Assembly (NCBI GenBank): GCA_050953245.1
Contig: JBMNMG010000002.1
Location: 266,903-330,902, forward strand
Origin: Bacteroidales bacterium
Lineage (GTDB): Bacteria; Bacteroidota; Bacteroidia; Bacteroidales; BM520
DNA: 64,000 nt
Direction: 5' to 3'
The notes below the pieces were generated by a model. The model did no database searches. It saw only the letters and a program-made list of their open reading frames with translations, and was not told the DNA's origin. The position numbers and the translations under genes are program-made. The first letter of the stretch is position 1; each line of letters starts with the position of its first letter. Shown here in pieces: positions 41,101 to 48,131 of this stretch.

Positions 41101-42374
41101 GCTTGAATTAAACAAGCAATCATGCCGGCAGTTATAGGACACGAAAAAGATGTACCATCGGCATATGAAATACTTCCTTCTGTACTAATTACAGTTGCAT
41201 CAATACCTCGTGCACAGATATCAGGTTTTGGATCTCCTGCACCGTTTGGTCCAATTGAACTAAAAAATGCTATCTCTCCAGCTGCATCTACTGCTCCAAC
41301 AGTGGCTACACTTACCACATCAGCTGGTGGACTTACCCAACGCCAATCATAAAGAATGAAGTTGGAATTACCTGCACTGCATGTAACAAAAATACCTTTT
41401 TCTGTAGCTAACTTAGCAGCTTTAGAACATGGAAGAGTTTCTCCATCTGATTGGTAGTATTCAAAATCCATTGATTCATCGTCAAAAGTGCTATATCCCA
41501 ATGATGTACTTATCAGATCACACCCTAAGCTATCGGCTGCTTCTGCACCAATAGCCCAATTATAAGGTTCAATTAAATATTCTTCGTTTGCATTTTCTGT
41601 TCTAATTAAAGCAAAAGCTGCTTCAGGAGCCGTACCAACAAACTCCCCAACTAAGTTAGTTGCAATACATGATAAAACATTAGTTCCATGGTTACTTGTA
41701 TTTGAATAAATGTTTCCTCCTTTAACTACAAAGTCCTTTTCAAAAACTATCCTATTTTCTTCATATAAGACATCAAAAGCAGGAATATTATTTAAATTGT
41801 CAAAACCTGCATCTATTACACCGATCAGAATTCCTTTTCCTCTAAACCCTTTATTATGAACAGGTATTCCGTTAATCTGGTTTATCTGCTCAAAACCATG
41901 ACCGTAATAATCGTTTTTACTTGTATTTTTATCTACCGGCTTAAAATTATTTTCGTTTTCGAGCTTATCCTTATGCTTACTTACAAAATTGGGATCTCTT
42001 GTTTCTTCATCTTTAGTATAATTCCCTGGGCTAATGTAAACTACACTCTCAACGTAAGGTAATTGCTGGATAGTATTAACAAGAGAAGAATTGCACGATA
42101 TTAATGCAACATTTAACCATTTTGATGTAAAACCAATAACAGCACCTACTTCGCTTAGCCCATTAACATATTCAGGATTTACAGGCAAATCCGTTTCATC
42201 TATAGGAATATTAAATTTTATTCTCCTTTCAATAGATCTTTGCGATAAAAATTCTTCAGGATTATTAATTGAATAAGGTGAATTGTTTTTATCTGTAAAA
42301 TGTACAGCATATTTTTGTCCTAACATACTGATGGACAAAAGAATAGATAATAAAAGCAAATAATATTTTCTCAT
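38145..42374 (-). CDS. T9SS-secreted protein with two complete subtilisin-like (S8) propeptide+catalytic modules
   Basis: Module 1 triad contexts VIDAGF / NHGTNVLSC / GTSFSCP; module 2 VLDAGF / SHGTSVLSC / GTSFSSP; both preceded by homologous pro-regions (YAVHFTDKNNSPYSINNPEEFLS vs YAVFLKDKNNSPYSIDNPSEYLS); C-terminal IYPNPVKN...LYFIVV CTD. Confidence 0.85.
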   Translation of the reverse strand: MRKYYLLLLSILLSISMLGQKYAVHFTDKNNSPYSINNPEEFLSQRSIERRIKFNIPIDETDLPVNPEYVNGLSEVGAVIGFTSKWLNVALISCNSSLVNTIQQLPYVESVVYISPGNYTKDEETRDPNFVSKHKDKLENENNFKPVDKNTSKNDYYGHGFEQINQINGIPVHNKGFRGKGILIGVIDAGFDNLNNIPAFDVLYEENRIVFEKDFVVKGGNIYSNTSNHGTNVLSCIATNLVGEFVGTAPEAAFALIRTENANEEYLIEPYNWAIGAEAADSLGCDLISTSLGYSTFDDESMDFEYYQSDGETLPCSKAAKLATEKGIFVTCSAGNSNFILYDWRWVSPPADVVSVATVGAVDAAGEIAFFSSIGPNGAGDPKPDICARGIDATVISTEGSISYADGTSFSCPITAGMIACLIQANPLIKPMDLLQIVNSTGDRYPNHSTTYGYGIPDYDEALEILLSLNPLQVESYTVNDNQGNNDGQINTNETVSLNLTFKNISDVNMSIMSDIVFSTDNQYVTLIDSVASLPDLNSNESVTINNALSFSVSQGIPVNEGILFKGSVQLSSGDCIIYFTADISGYEIILDSYVIDDSEGNDDGKIDPNENFIFIINILNNGNIPANNIVAELESSDNNIVINTNTDLVGNMEVNEIKSTLFDITSLSSFPTENINIPFTLKLTDGLGTETVIDFLYKESCDLIFSFTDDYGDGWNDAILKVEFSNGAPSQELTLESGAFAEFAIEVETGIEVSLTWISGAYDDECSFTVKDASGNIIYSSPSMLQSGLLYTFINNCIINSYEACSEVTNLTLNTSIANVNLSWNEPENSPLGYNIYRDLIFIGYTENTTFTDFGVPMGQHDYCIESVCENSVSMEVCESIIISDIPSFPQYAVFLKDKNNSPYSIDNPSEYLSERAIARRQLLNIPITTDDLPVNPEYINQIANTSAIVNYASKWLNCVVVYANDSLIESINNLTFIDSIVYVCPEMSNNTSLNNKWDKINYSQIDNIDNKSVYGQGFGQINQINGIPVHDAGYKGDGIIITVLDAGFNNVNQLTGLQHLFDNNKIIYTSDLVEKYGDIYSPTGNSHGTSVLSCMASYLPNEFVGTAPEASYILIRTEDAFSEYLIEEFNWVKGAEIADSIGSEIINSSLSYSTFDDSSMDHVFSDMDGSTCPSSIGCKMATERGIYVSVSAGNSNGSHWSQIGTPADVEEAATIGAVDINNEIASFSSLGNNSNNYPKPDYCALGVNSTVLRPNNEIEEGSGTSFSSPISCGMVACLIQANNSLKPKELKQIINSTSSKYPDHYIDYGYGIPNFALVLDNILSVKETSVNSEIIIYPNPVKNIINVESNNKIKNISIYNVNGILVKTINCDDNKISIDVNNFKEGLYFIVVKDNKTISNDKFLKTN

Positions 42375-42425
42375 ATCATTAAAATTAAGAAGTAAATAAA
42401 TAACGAAGATACATATTTTTATTAA

Positions 42426-43458
42426 TTAACGTGAGTTCGACTTAAGCAACTACTATTCTTTTTTCATCAATAATATCTTTATTGATGTTTATTGAAGGCT
42501 TTTTGTCGAAAAAAGAATACGCTGCCAAAGCAGATAACAGATTGATAATAAAGCTATCAAAACTTCTGTGACGTGTATGTTCAATCTGACAAATGTTCTT
42601 TAATTCATCATTTACTTATTCTATTAAAGCTCTTTTGCGAAGCATAATTCTATCATGTAAAAGCAAGAGAGCATTTTTCATATTTTTTCGTAGTTTGGTA
42701 ATTAAATGTACACCGTCAACAAAAAGTTGTTCAAACAAATTTTTACTGATATATCCTTTATCTCCAAAGAGTTTGCCAAAAATACGTTTATGCAAGTCCA
42801 TATTTTTCAGTGGTTCTCTGTCATCAACATTGCCGGGTGTAAGAATAAAATCTAAGATTTCGCCTTTGTCATTGATTATCAAATGAAGTTTGAATCCATA
42901 AAACCAACCCAAAGAACATTGTCCTTTTTGTGCTATATTTTTGAAAGTTTTGTGTTGTTTTTCTCTTTTTATGTGGCAACTACGAATAGGCGTAGAATCA
43001 ATAAAGGAGATTCCTGTACACTTACCTAGACACATCATTTTAACAAAGACAGCCAGCGGTACACATACTTTTCGCTGTAGTTCAACAAAACGATTATAGG
43101 AAACTGTTTGTGGAAAGTCTTTTTGCATATGCTTTTGGACGTAAAAGACATAAAAGCTTTTCAAGTTTTTGAACGATGCACTGTGAAACAAAATTAAGAT
43201 TGTCATTACTTCACTTTCTGACATTGTAAACTTGCGGTTTCTTTTCTTTGTTTGTTCACTTGGTAAGGAGTATTCTTTGATAGTTTTATCAAATTCTTTG
43301 AAAAACTCATCGATTATGAAATAAATTTCAGTAACTTTATGGTCTGGAATCATAGCAGAATTGTTAGTATATATTTGAAATTCAGAACTTTAAAATTACT
43401 GATTTTTCTGCTGGATTCCTAATATTTAAGCACTTTTCTTACATCGAACTCACGTTAA
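42426..43458 (-). mobile_element. IS982-family insertion sequence, copy A (transposase inactivated by a nonsense mutation)
   Basis: Terminal inverted repeats TTAACGTGAGTTCGAC ... ATCGAACTCACGTTAA; about 6 substitutions relative to copy B, no indels. Confidence 0.85.
42616..43353 (-). pseudogene. IS982-family DDE transposase truncated at codon 246 (TCA to TAA)
   Basis: Identical to the copy B protein for 245 aa; plus-strand T at 42617 versus G at 50527 creates a stop right after RALIE, removing the end of the R(3)E(6)K signature and 58 aa. Confidence 0.85.
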
Positions 43459-43651
43459 AGTACTCTTTATACTGCTCTCTGATAAATATTGTCCATGCCA
43501 CTATCCCAACAAGTAACGAACCGGTTGATGCCCACGCACCCCATTTCCAAGTTCCTACATAGCTAAAAACAAGCGGAAAAATATAGAGAAAAAAGAAACT
43601 AAGCCCTGTTTTATTATTCGTATTCATAATCTTCTCATTTTTAATAATCAA
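43439..43651 (-). CDS. Small (70 aa) two-TM membrane protein; C-terminus and stop codon come from the IS end
   Basis: Two hydrophobic helices; abuts the upstream gene (43652); the last five codons (NVSSM) and the stop lie in the IS inverted repeat. Confidence 0.4.
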   Translation of the reverse strand: MIIKNEKIMNTNNKTGLSFFFLYIFPLVFSYVGTWKWGAWASTGSLLVGIVAWTIFIREQYKEYFNVSSM

Positions 43652-44050
43652 TTAACGCATTTCAAATAGTGTCACATTGCCGTCTATATCTGCTTCAAAG
43701 CTATAGTCAGCACGAGCACCGCTTAAGCTCATATTCCAACTCTGCTTGTGAGGAAAGTAATAAAAGGTTGTACCGGACGGAAGTTCGGCGCCTTCAATGT
43801 CGACTAGTCGCTTTAAGCCCTCGGTAAAGACTTTATGTGCCGTTCGCAATTTAATAGAACTAAACGGATAAATTTTTTTATCTATATTTTCCATATCGCT
43901 TTTGCTCAACTTTTTGGGATCTTCTTTACGCCATTTATCGGTTTTGGTCTCATACCAATACCAATCTGCCTCACTCTTATTCTGTGGATTAATGGCAATT
44001 ACTCTTACCCTGTCGTCTTCTACGAAAATAGGTCCTGTAAAAAGCATCAC
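43652..44050 (-). CDS. Hypothetical protein, 132 aa, no recognisable family
   Basis: Uninterrupted ORF in a tightly packed same-strand four-gene array; composition matches the cargo. Confidence 0.5.
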   Translation of the reverse strand: MMLFTGPIFVEDDRVRVIAINPQNKSEADWYWYETKTDKWRKEDPKKLSKSDMENIDKKIYPFSSIKLRTAHKVFTEGLKRLVDIEGAELPSGTTFYYFPHKQSWNMSLSGARADYSFEADIDGNVTLFEMR

Positions 44051-44061
44051 TTCATCCGTTT

Positions 44062-44448
44062 TCAGAAATTGATAAAGTTCTTTCTGATTTCTTCAAGTTT
44101 ATCAGGTTGAAAAAGCAGGGAAATTTCCGTATTATTCCATTTTTCCATCTCCTTCTTCACCATATGCTCTACTGCTTCCATCTGTTTTTTATCAAATTCG
44201 CTACCGGATTCATCTACAACAGCACGAAACTCTTTTAGTGCCTCCTCAAGTGTTTTCTCTCTTTGCTTGCCGCTACTACCACTTAAAGAACCAGGACTGT
44301 TAAAAGCGTCTGACAATTCTTTCTGCCGATTTTCTTCATTGCCAAATGTTTCGCTGAAAGCATTTTTCACCTTATCGCATGAAGTGAAGAAAAGCATCCC
44401 TACAAATAAGGGTACTAACAAAAATTTCCTTTTCATATTCTTAATCAT
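44062..44448 (-). CDS. Hypothetical lipoprotein, 128 aa
   Basis: Lipobox LFFTSC after a basic/hydrophobic leader; charged helical remainder; ATGA overlap with the upstream gene. Confidence 0.55.
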   Translation of the reverse strand: MIKNMKRKFLLVPLFVGMLFFTSCDKVKNAFSETFGNEENRQKELSDAFNSPGSLSGSSGKQREKTLEEALKEFRAVVDESGSEFDKKQMEAVEHMVKKEMEKWNNTEISLLFQPDKLEEIRKNFINF

Positions 44449-44939
44449 TCCTTTATATCAATAATTATTGGATAAAAAGATGCCGTTAATGGTAAATATT
44501 TAATGGTGAGTCGCTCGCCATCGCTATAGTATTTAGTCATATGATGCTCCAACAACGACGCATCTTGATAGGTGCTGTCAGGGAGTTGAAACACAAAATA
44601 ATATCGGTCAATATGATGATAATTCAACATAATTCCGGAATATTCTGATTTGTACATAACTGCTTCAGTCGGTGTGCCGTAATGGTTCACAATAGCACGA
44701 ACTATTTTTCCGTTAACGAAGGAGTTAATTACAAACACTACGAATAGAGCAATTCCTAAAATCAACAGAGTTGCTGCAGTTTTGTCTTTAAACGACATGA
44801 TTTTCTTTTTGTCAAATTTAAATGTGCCACCCAATAGTCTTCTGAAAAGACCTATTACTAAAGCTAGTATAAGGACTAATACAATCACTCCCCAGCCCGA
44901 TTTTACAGTAAATGCTATTAAAGTTGCTATAAATTCCAT
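44445..44939 (-). CDS. Hypothetical membrane protein, 164 aa (two N-terminal TM helices plus a beta-rich C-terminal domain)
   Basis: TM segments at about aa 5-30 and 55-75; first gene of the minus-strand array, divergent from the DUF134 gene. Confidence 0.55.
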   Translation of the reverse strand: MEFIATLIAFTVKSGWGVIVLVLILALVIGLFRRLLGGTFKFDKKKIMSFKDKTAATLLILGIALFVVFVINSFVNGKIVRAIVNHYGTPTEAVMYKSEYSGIMLNYHHIDRYYFVFQLPDSTYQDASLLEHHMTKYYSDGERLTIKYLPLTASFYPIIIDIKE

Positions 44940-45047
44940 TATTATTATTTGTAATTGTTCTATATCATTTTACTTTTAACCCATAACATAAAATGAGAAT
45001 ACTTTGTTCATGGAGCAAATTTATTTAATAATTTTGTAACATTAAAT

Positions 45048-45059
45048 GAACATATGTTC
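45048..45059. promoter_or_regulatory. Perfect 12-bp palindrome GAACATATGTTC in the divergent control region (candidate operator)
   Basis: Lies 11 nt upstream of a TATATTTG -7-like box (45071-45078) and 45 nt upstream of the DUF134 start codon. Confidence 0.3.
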
Positions 45060-45104
45060 TAAACTTTTGTTATATTTGTACAGTAATTCAAAACCAAAAA
45101 CAGC

Positions 45105-45545
45105 ATGTCACGTCCAAAACAGTGTAGAAAAATTAAGTCACCGCCATTGATGTCGGGTTTTAAACCGTTTGGTATTCCACGTTCGATAACGGGAGGAGTA
45201 GTTTTGCAATACGATGAGTACGAGGCAATTCGATTGTTGGACTACGAAGGATTATTGCAGGAAGAGGCTGCCGAAAGGATGAATGTATCGCGTCCCACGC
45301 TTACACGAATTTATGCCAAAGCAAGAAAAGCGGTTGCCAAAGCATTTGTAGAAGGGAAATCGTTGGTGATTGAGGGCGGAAATGTAGAGTTTGGTGGAAA
45401 ATGGCATCGTTGTGGTCGATGCAATAGGGTTATGAATGGCAGACACAGGCACAATCAATATTGCGGAAATTGCAAAAAGCAAGAAATTGATGAGTCTGAA
45501 TTAACAAATAAAGATAATCAAAATGAGAATAGTAGTATTATCTGA
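45105..45545 (+). CDS. DUF134 (UPF0251) family putative DNA-binding protein with C-terminal CxxC...CxxC zinc-ribbon extension
   Basis: MSRPKQCRKI..P....FKP.G, EYEAIRLLDYEGLLQEEAAERMNVSRPTLTRIY (sigma70-r4-like HTH); tail CGRC...CGNC. Confidence 0.8.
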   Translation: MSRPKQCRKIKSPPLMSGFKPFGIPRSITGGVVLQYDEYEAIRLLDYEGLLQEEAAERMNVSRPTLTRIYAKARKAVAKAFVEGKSLVIEGGNVEFGGKWHRCGRCNRVMNGRHRHNQYCGNCKKQEIDESELTNKDNQNENSSII

Positions 45546-46353
45546 CAATAGGGCAAAATCATCGGATTTTGAAACCGAACATGGTTTATCTGTTTATCTT
45601 GAAACAGATAGCTATAACTGTTTGTTGGATGTGGGTGTATCGGACCTGTTTGCACGCAATGCCAAATTGATGAATATCGATTTAAGTGATGTGGACTATC
45701 TCTTTATCTCTCACGGACATGCCGACCATATTGGTGGATTACCTTCGTTTTTAGAGATAAACCAAAAAGCTAAAATCGTTGTCTCTTCGCGGATATTAAA
45801 TCGGGAGTATTACTCATCAAGAAACAGCATGAGAAAAATAAGCATCGATTTTGATTTTGATACGCTAAAAGAAAGACTGATTACTGTGGATGAAAAAGCA
45901 CAATTTGAAGAGGATATTGCTGTTTTTATCCCAAAAATCAAAAATCACCCGATGCCAAAAGCCAATCGTCTGCTTTTTAAAAATATCGGCGATGAATTGG
46001 TAAATGATGATTTTGATCACGAGGTAATTATTACTTTTGGGAAAGAGAGAAAGTTTGTCTTTACAGGATGCGGACATAGCGGTTTGCTGAATATTTTGGA
46101 AAGCGCAACAGCCGAACAAGCCGGACAAATAGCTGCCGTGATGGGTGGATTTCACCTGCTGGACAGTAGAAACGGAATGACGTTTGAAACTGAAAAAGAG
46201 ATAAAAGAATTGGGCGAAACTCTGAAAACTCGTTTTCCCGAAACTCTTTTTGTAACGGGACATTGTACGGGCGATACAACTTTTAATCAGTTGAAAAGCA
46301 TTTTGGGAGAGCAGATTACACAATTTTATGTTGGATATGAATTAAAAATTTAA
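45523..46353 (+). CDS. MBL-fold metallo-hydrolase
   Basis: HGHADHIGG (HxHxDH) motif, later GCGHSG and GGFHL; 23-nt overlap with the DUF134 gene. Confidence 0.8.
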   Translation: MRIVVLSDNRAKSSDFETEHGLSVYLETDSYNCLLDVGVSDLFARNAKLMNIDLSDVDYLFISHGHADHIGGLPSFLEINQKAKIVVSSRILNREYYSSRNSMRKISIDFDFDTLKERLITVDEKAQFEEDIAVFIPKIKNHPMPKANRLLFKNIGDELVNDDFDHEVIITFGKERKFVFTGCGHSGLLNILESATAEQAGQIAAVMGGFHLLDSRNGMTFETEKEIKELGETLKTRFPETLFVTGHCTGDTTFNQLKSILGEQITQFYVGYELKI

Positions 46354-46417
46354 CACGAAGAATTAATAGTAGGATAAAAAATAAGTCAGATATTTCACTT
46401 AATCTATTTATTAGTTA

Positions 46418-46539
46418 CCACGCCATTTATGGCGTGGATGATAAGAAAGTATCAAATGGGCTTTAGCCCAATAGTAAATAAATTTAGGCTAAAGCCTAAT
46501 AAAAATAAATCATTAATCTCCACGGCTTTAAAGCCGTGG
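46418..46539 (+). repeat. Array of four GC-rich palindromic hairpins in the MBL / NifX-like intergenic spacer
   Basis: CCACGCCATTTATGGCGTGG (46418-46437), GGGCTTTAGCCC (46458-46469), TTAGGCTAAAGCCTAA (46484-46499), CCACGGCTTTAAAGCCGTGG (46520-46539). Confidence 0.8.
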
Positions 46540-46594
46540 CAATTGATATTAGGAAAAAATATATTCAAAACGCATTAATATTTTAAATAATTAT

Positions 46595-46900
46595 ATGAAA
46601 ATCGCAATTGTATCAGAAAAAGAGAGTTTAGACGCACGAATTGATAGTCGTTTCGGGCGTTGTGCCTATTTTGCTATCTACGACACCGATAGCAAAACAA
46701 CAGAGTTTTTTCCAAATCCGGCGAAGGATTCACCCGAAGGAGCAGGTCCGGCAGCTGTGAAATTCGTCGCATCGAAAGGAGTAAAGAAGGTAGTGGCACC
46801 CGAATTTGGAGGAAAAGCGGAAACTATGCTAGAAAAGCTTCAAATCGAAATGGTTAGCGAGAAAGATAAAACTATTTCGGAAATTATTAGAGGTTTCTAG
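46595..46900 (+). CDS. NifB/NifX/NafY-family (dinitrogenase FeMo-cofactor-binding fold) small protein
   Basis: MKIAIVSE...RFGRCAYFAIYD, GAGPAAVKFVASKGVKKVVAPEFGGKA, the typical Nitro_FeMo-Co domain pattern. Confidence 0.8.
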   Translation: MKIAIVSEKESLDARIDSRFGRCAYFAIYDTDSKTTEFFPNPAKDSPEGAGPAAVKFVASKGVKKVVAPEFGGKAETMLEKLQIEMVSEKDKTISEIIRGF

Positions 46901-46955
46901 TAATTATAGGAAGATAGTGAAGTTTATTATTATGAACTAAAAGTTAGAAACAAAA

Positions 46956-47312
46956 ATGAAAGTACTTATTATTTTCAATCGTGAACCATATGACAACACA
47001 GATGTAACATGGAACGGGCTTAGGCTTGCAGATACTCTAAGAAACAAAGGACATGAAGTAAGGATTTTCCTTATGAATGATTCTGTTGATATGGCAAGAG
47101 ATGCTTGTAAAGCACCGGAAAATTATGATCAAGATTTATCGCAAATGCTTAAAGACTTAATTGCCAATGGTGTTTCGGTAAAAGTTTGTGGTACTTGTAT
47201 GGCTCGTTGCGGGATTTATAAAAACCATCCATATTTTGAAGGAGCAAATAAATCTACAATGGGTGAATTAGCAGAATGGGTAGTTGATAGCGACAAGGTT
47301 TTGACATTTTAA
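46956..47312 (+). CDS. DsrE/DsrF/TusD-like sulfur-relay fold protein
   Basis: MKVLIIFNREPY...ALRLA..L...GHEVRIFLMNDSV...GVSVKVCGTCMARCGI...DKVLTF matches the DsrE-family layout. Confidence 0.72.
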   Translation: MKVLIIFNREPYDNTDVTWNGLRLADTLRNKGHEVRIFLMNDSVDMARDACKAPENYDQDLSQMLKDLIANGVSVKVCGTCMARCGIYKNHPYFEGANKSTMGELAEWVVDSDKVLTF

Positions 47313-47418
47313 CAAAGTAAATAATCCTTTTATTTACAACTATTATTATAAGTGTTTCAAAATCAGCAACAAACTATAACGCTAAATATTATTTAAAAAG
47401 AATGTTTAATTAAAAAAA

Positions 47419-47462
47419 GGTATCTAATAAGCAACGTAGCAGCTGGATACTTATTAGATACC
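47419..47462. other. 13-bp perfect stem hairpin just upstream of the DUF5320 gene
   Basis: GGTATCTAATAAG (47419-47431) / CTTATTAGATACC (47450-47462), 18-nt loop; a U-tract exists only for the minus-strand reading (A7 at 47412-47418). Confidence 0.6.
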
Positions 47463-47486
47463 GCTAATAAAAAAGGAGAAATAATT

Positions 47487-47750
47487 ATGCCAAGATTTAA
47501 TCAACAAGGTCCCATGGGAGAAGGTCCAATGACAGGACGAAAAATGGGCAAATGCACCAATTACGGTGAAAACAATAGTTCTGCAGAAGAACAAGTAAAT
47601 GTAGGTAGAGGCGGAAGAGGCTTCGGTATGGGAAGATGTCGTCGTGGATTTCAAGACAACGATGGACTAAGTCAAGGTCGCGGTTTTGGACGTGGCAGAG
47701 GTCGCTCAGGTCAAGGACAAGGCAGAGGCAGAAGAGGTTTTTCAGACTAA
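47487..47750 (+). CDS. DUF5320-like protein with arginine-glycine (RGG/RG) rich C-terminal half
   Basis: N-terminal MPRFNQQGPMGEGPMTGRKMGKC matches the DUF5320 signature; C-terminal GRGGRGFGMGRCRRGF...GRGFGRGRGRSGQGQGRGRRGF; AGGAG-like motif 8 nt upstream. Confidence 0.65.
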   Translation: MPRFNQQGPMGEGPMTGRKMGKCTNYGENNSSAEEQVNVGRGGRGFGMGRCRRGFQDNDGLSQGRGFGRGRGRSGQGQGRGRRGFSD

Positions 47751-47759
47751 ATTTCAAAA

Positions 47760-48131
47760 ATGAAGAATATGACACAAAAAATTGCTATCCCGATGGAAAA
47801 CGGGCAACTATCTACTCATTTCGGACATTGCCAATATTTCGCGATTGTTGCAGTAGAGGACAAAAAAATTGTAGAGATAACAAAACAGATTCCACCTGAG
47901 CACAAACCCGGTGTATATCCGAGATGGGTTGCATCACTTGGTGTAACCGATGTTATCGCAGGCGGTATCGGTCAACGAGCTATTGACCTTTTCAACGAGC
48001 AGGGTATCAACGTATTTGTTGGTGCACCCGTAAAAAGCGAAGAGGAAATTGTAAATGAATTTTTAGCCGGAGAACTTTCTCTGAGCGCTAACTATTGTAA
48101 TCATGACGGGGATCACCATAGCCATTGCTAG
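47760..48131 (+). CDS. NifB/NifX-family small protein with Cys/His-rich C-terminal tail
   Basis: KIAIPMENGQLSTHFGHCQYFAIV, VIAGGIGQRAIDLF; tail CNHDGDHHSHC. Confidence 0.8.
   Translation: MKNMTQKIAIPMENGQLSTHFGHCQYFAIVAVEDKKIVEITKQIPPEHKPGVYPRWVASLGVTDVIAGGIGQRAIDLFNEQGINVFVGAPVKSEEEIVNEFLAGELSLSANYCNHDGDHHSHC

Noticed and set aside
47497-47899. ORFs 47497-47775 (minus strand) and 47636-47899 (plus strand) overlap the DUF5320 gene.
   Set aside because: They are alternative-frame readings of the RGG-encoding repeat. The DUF5320 frame has a recognisable N-terminal signature and an AGGAG-like site, and the others have neither.
46595-48131. The Nif-named domains (NifB/NifX-like) were considered as evidence for nitrogen fixation.
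   Set aside because: No nifH, nifD, nifK, nifE, nifN or radical-SAM NifB core is in the window. These are stand-alone small cofactor-binding-fold proteins common in non-diazotrophs.
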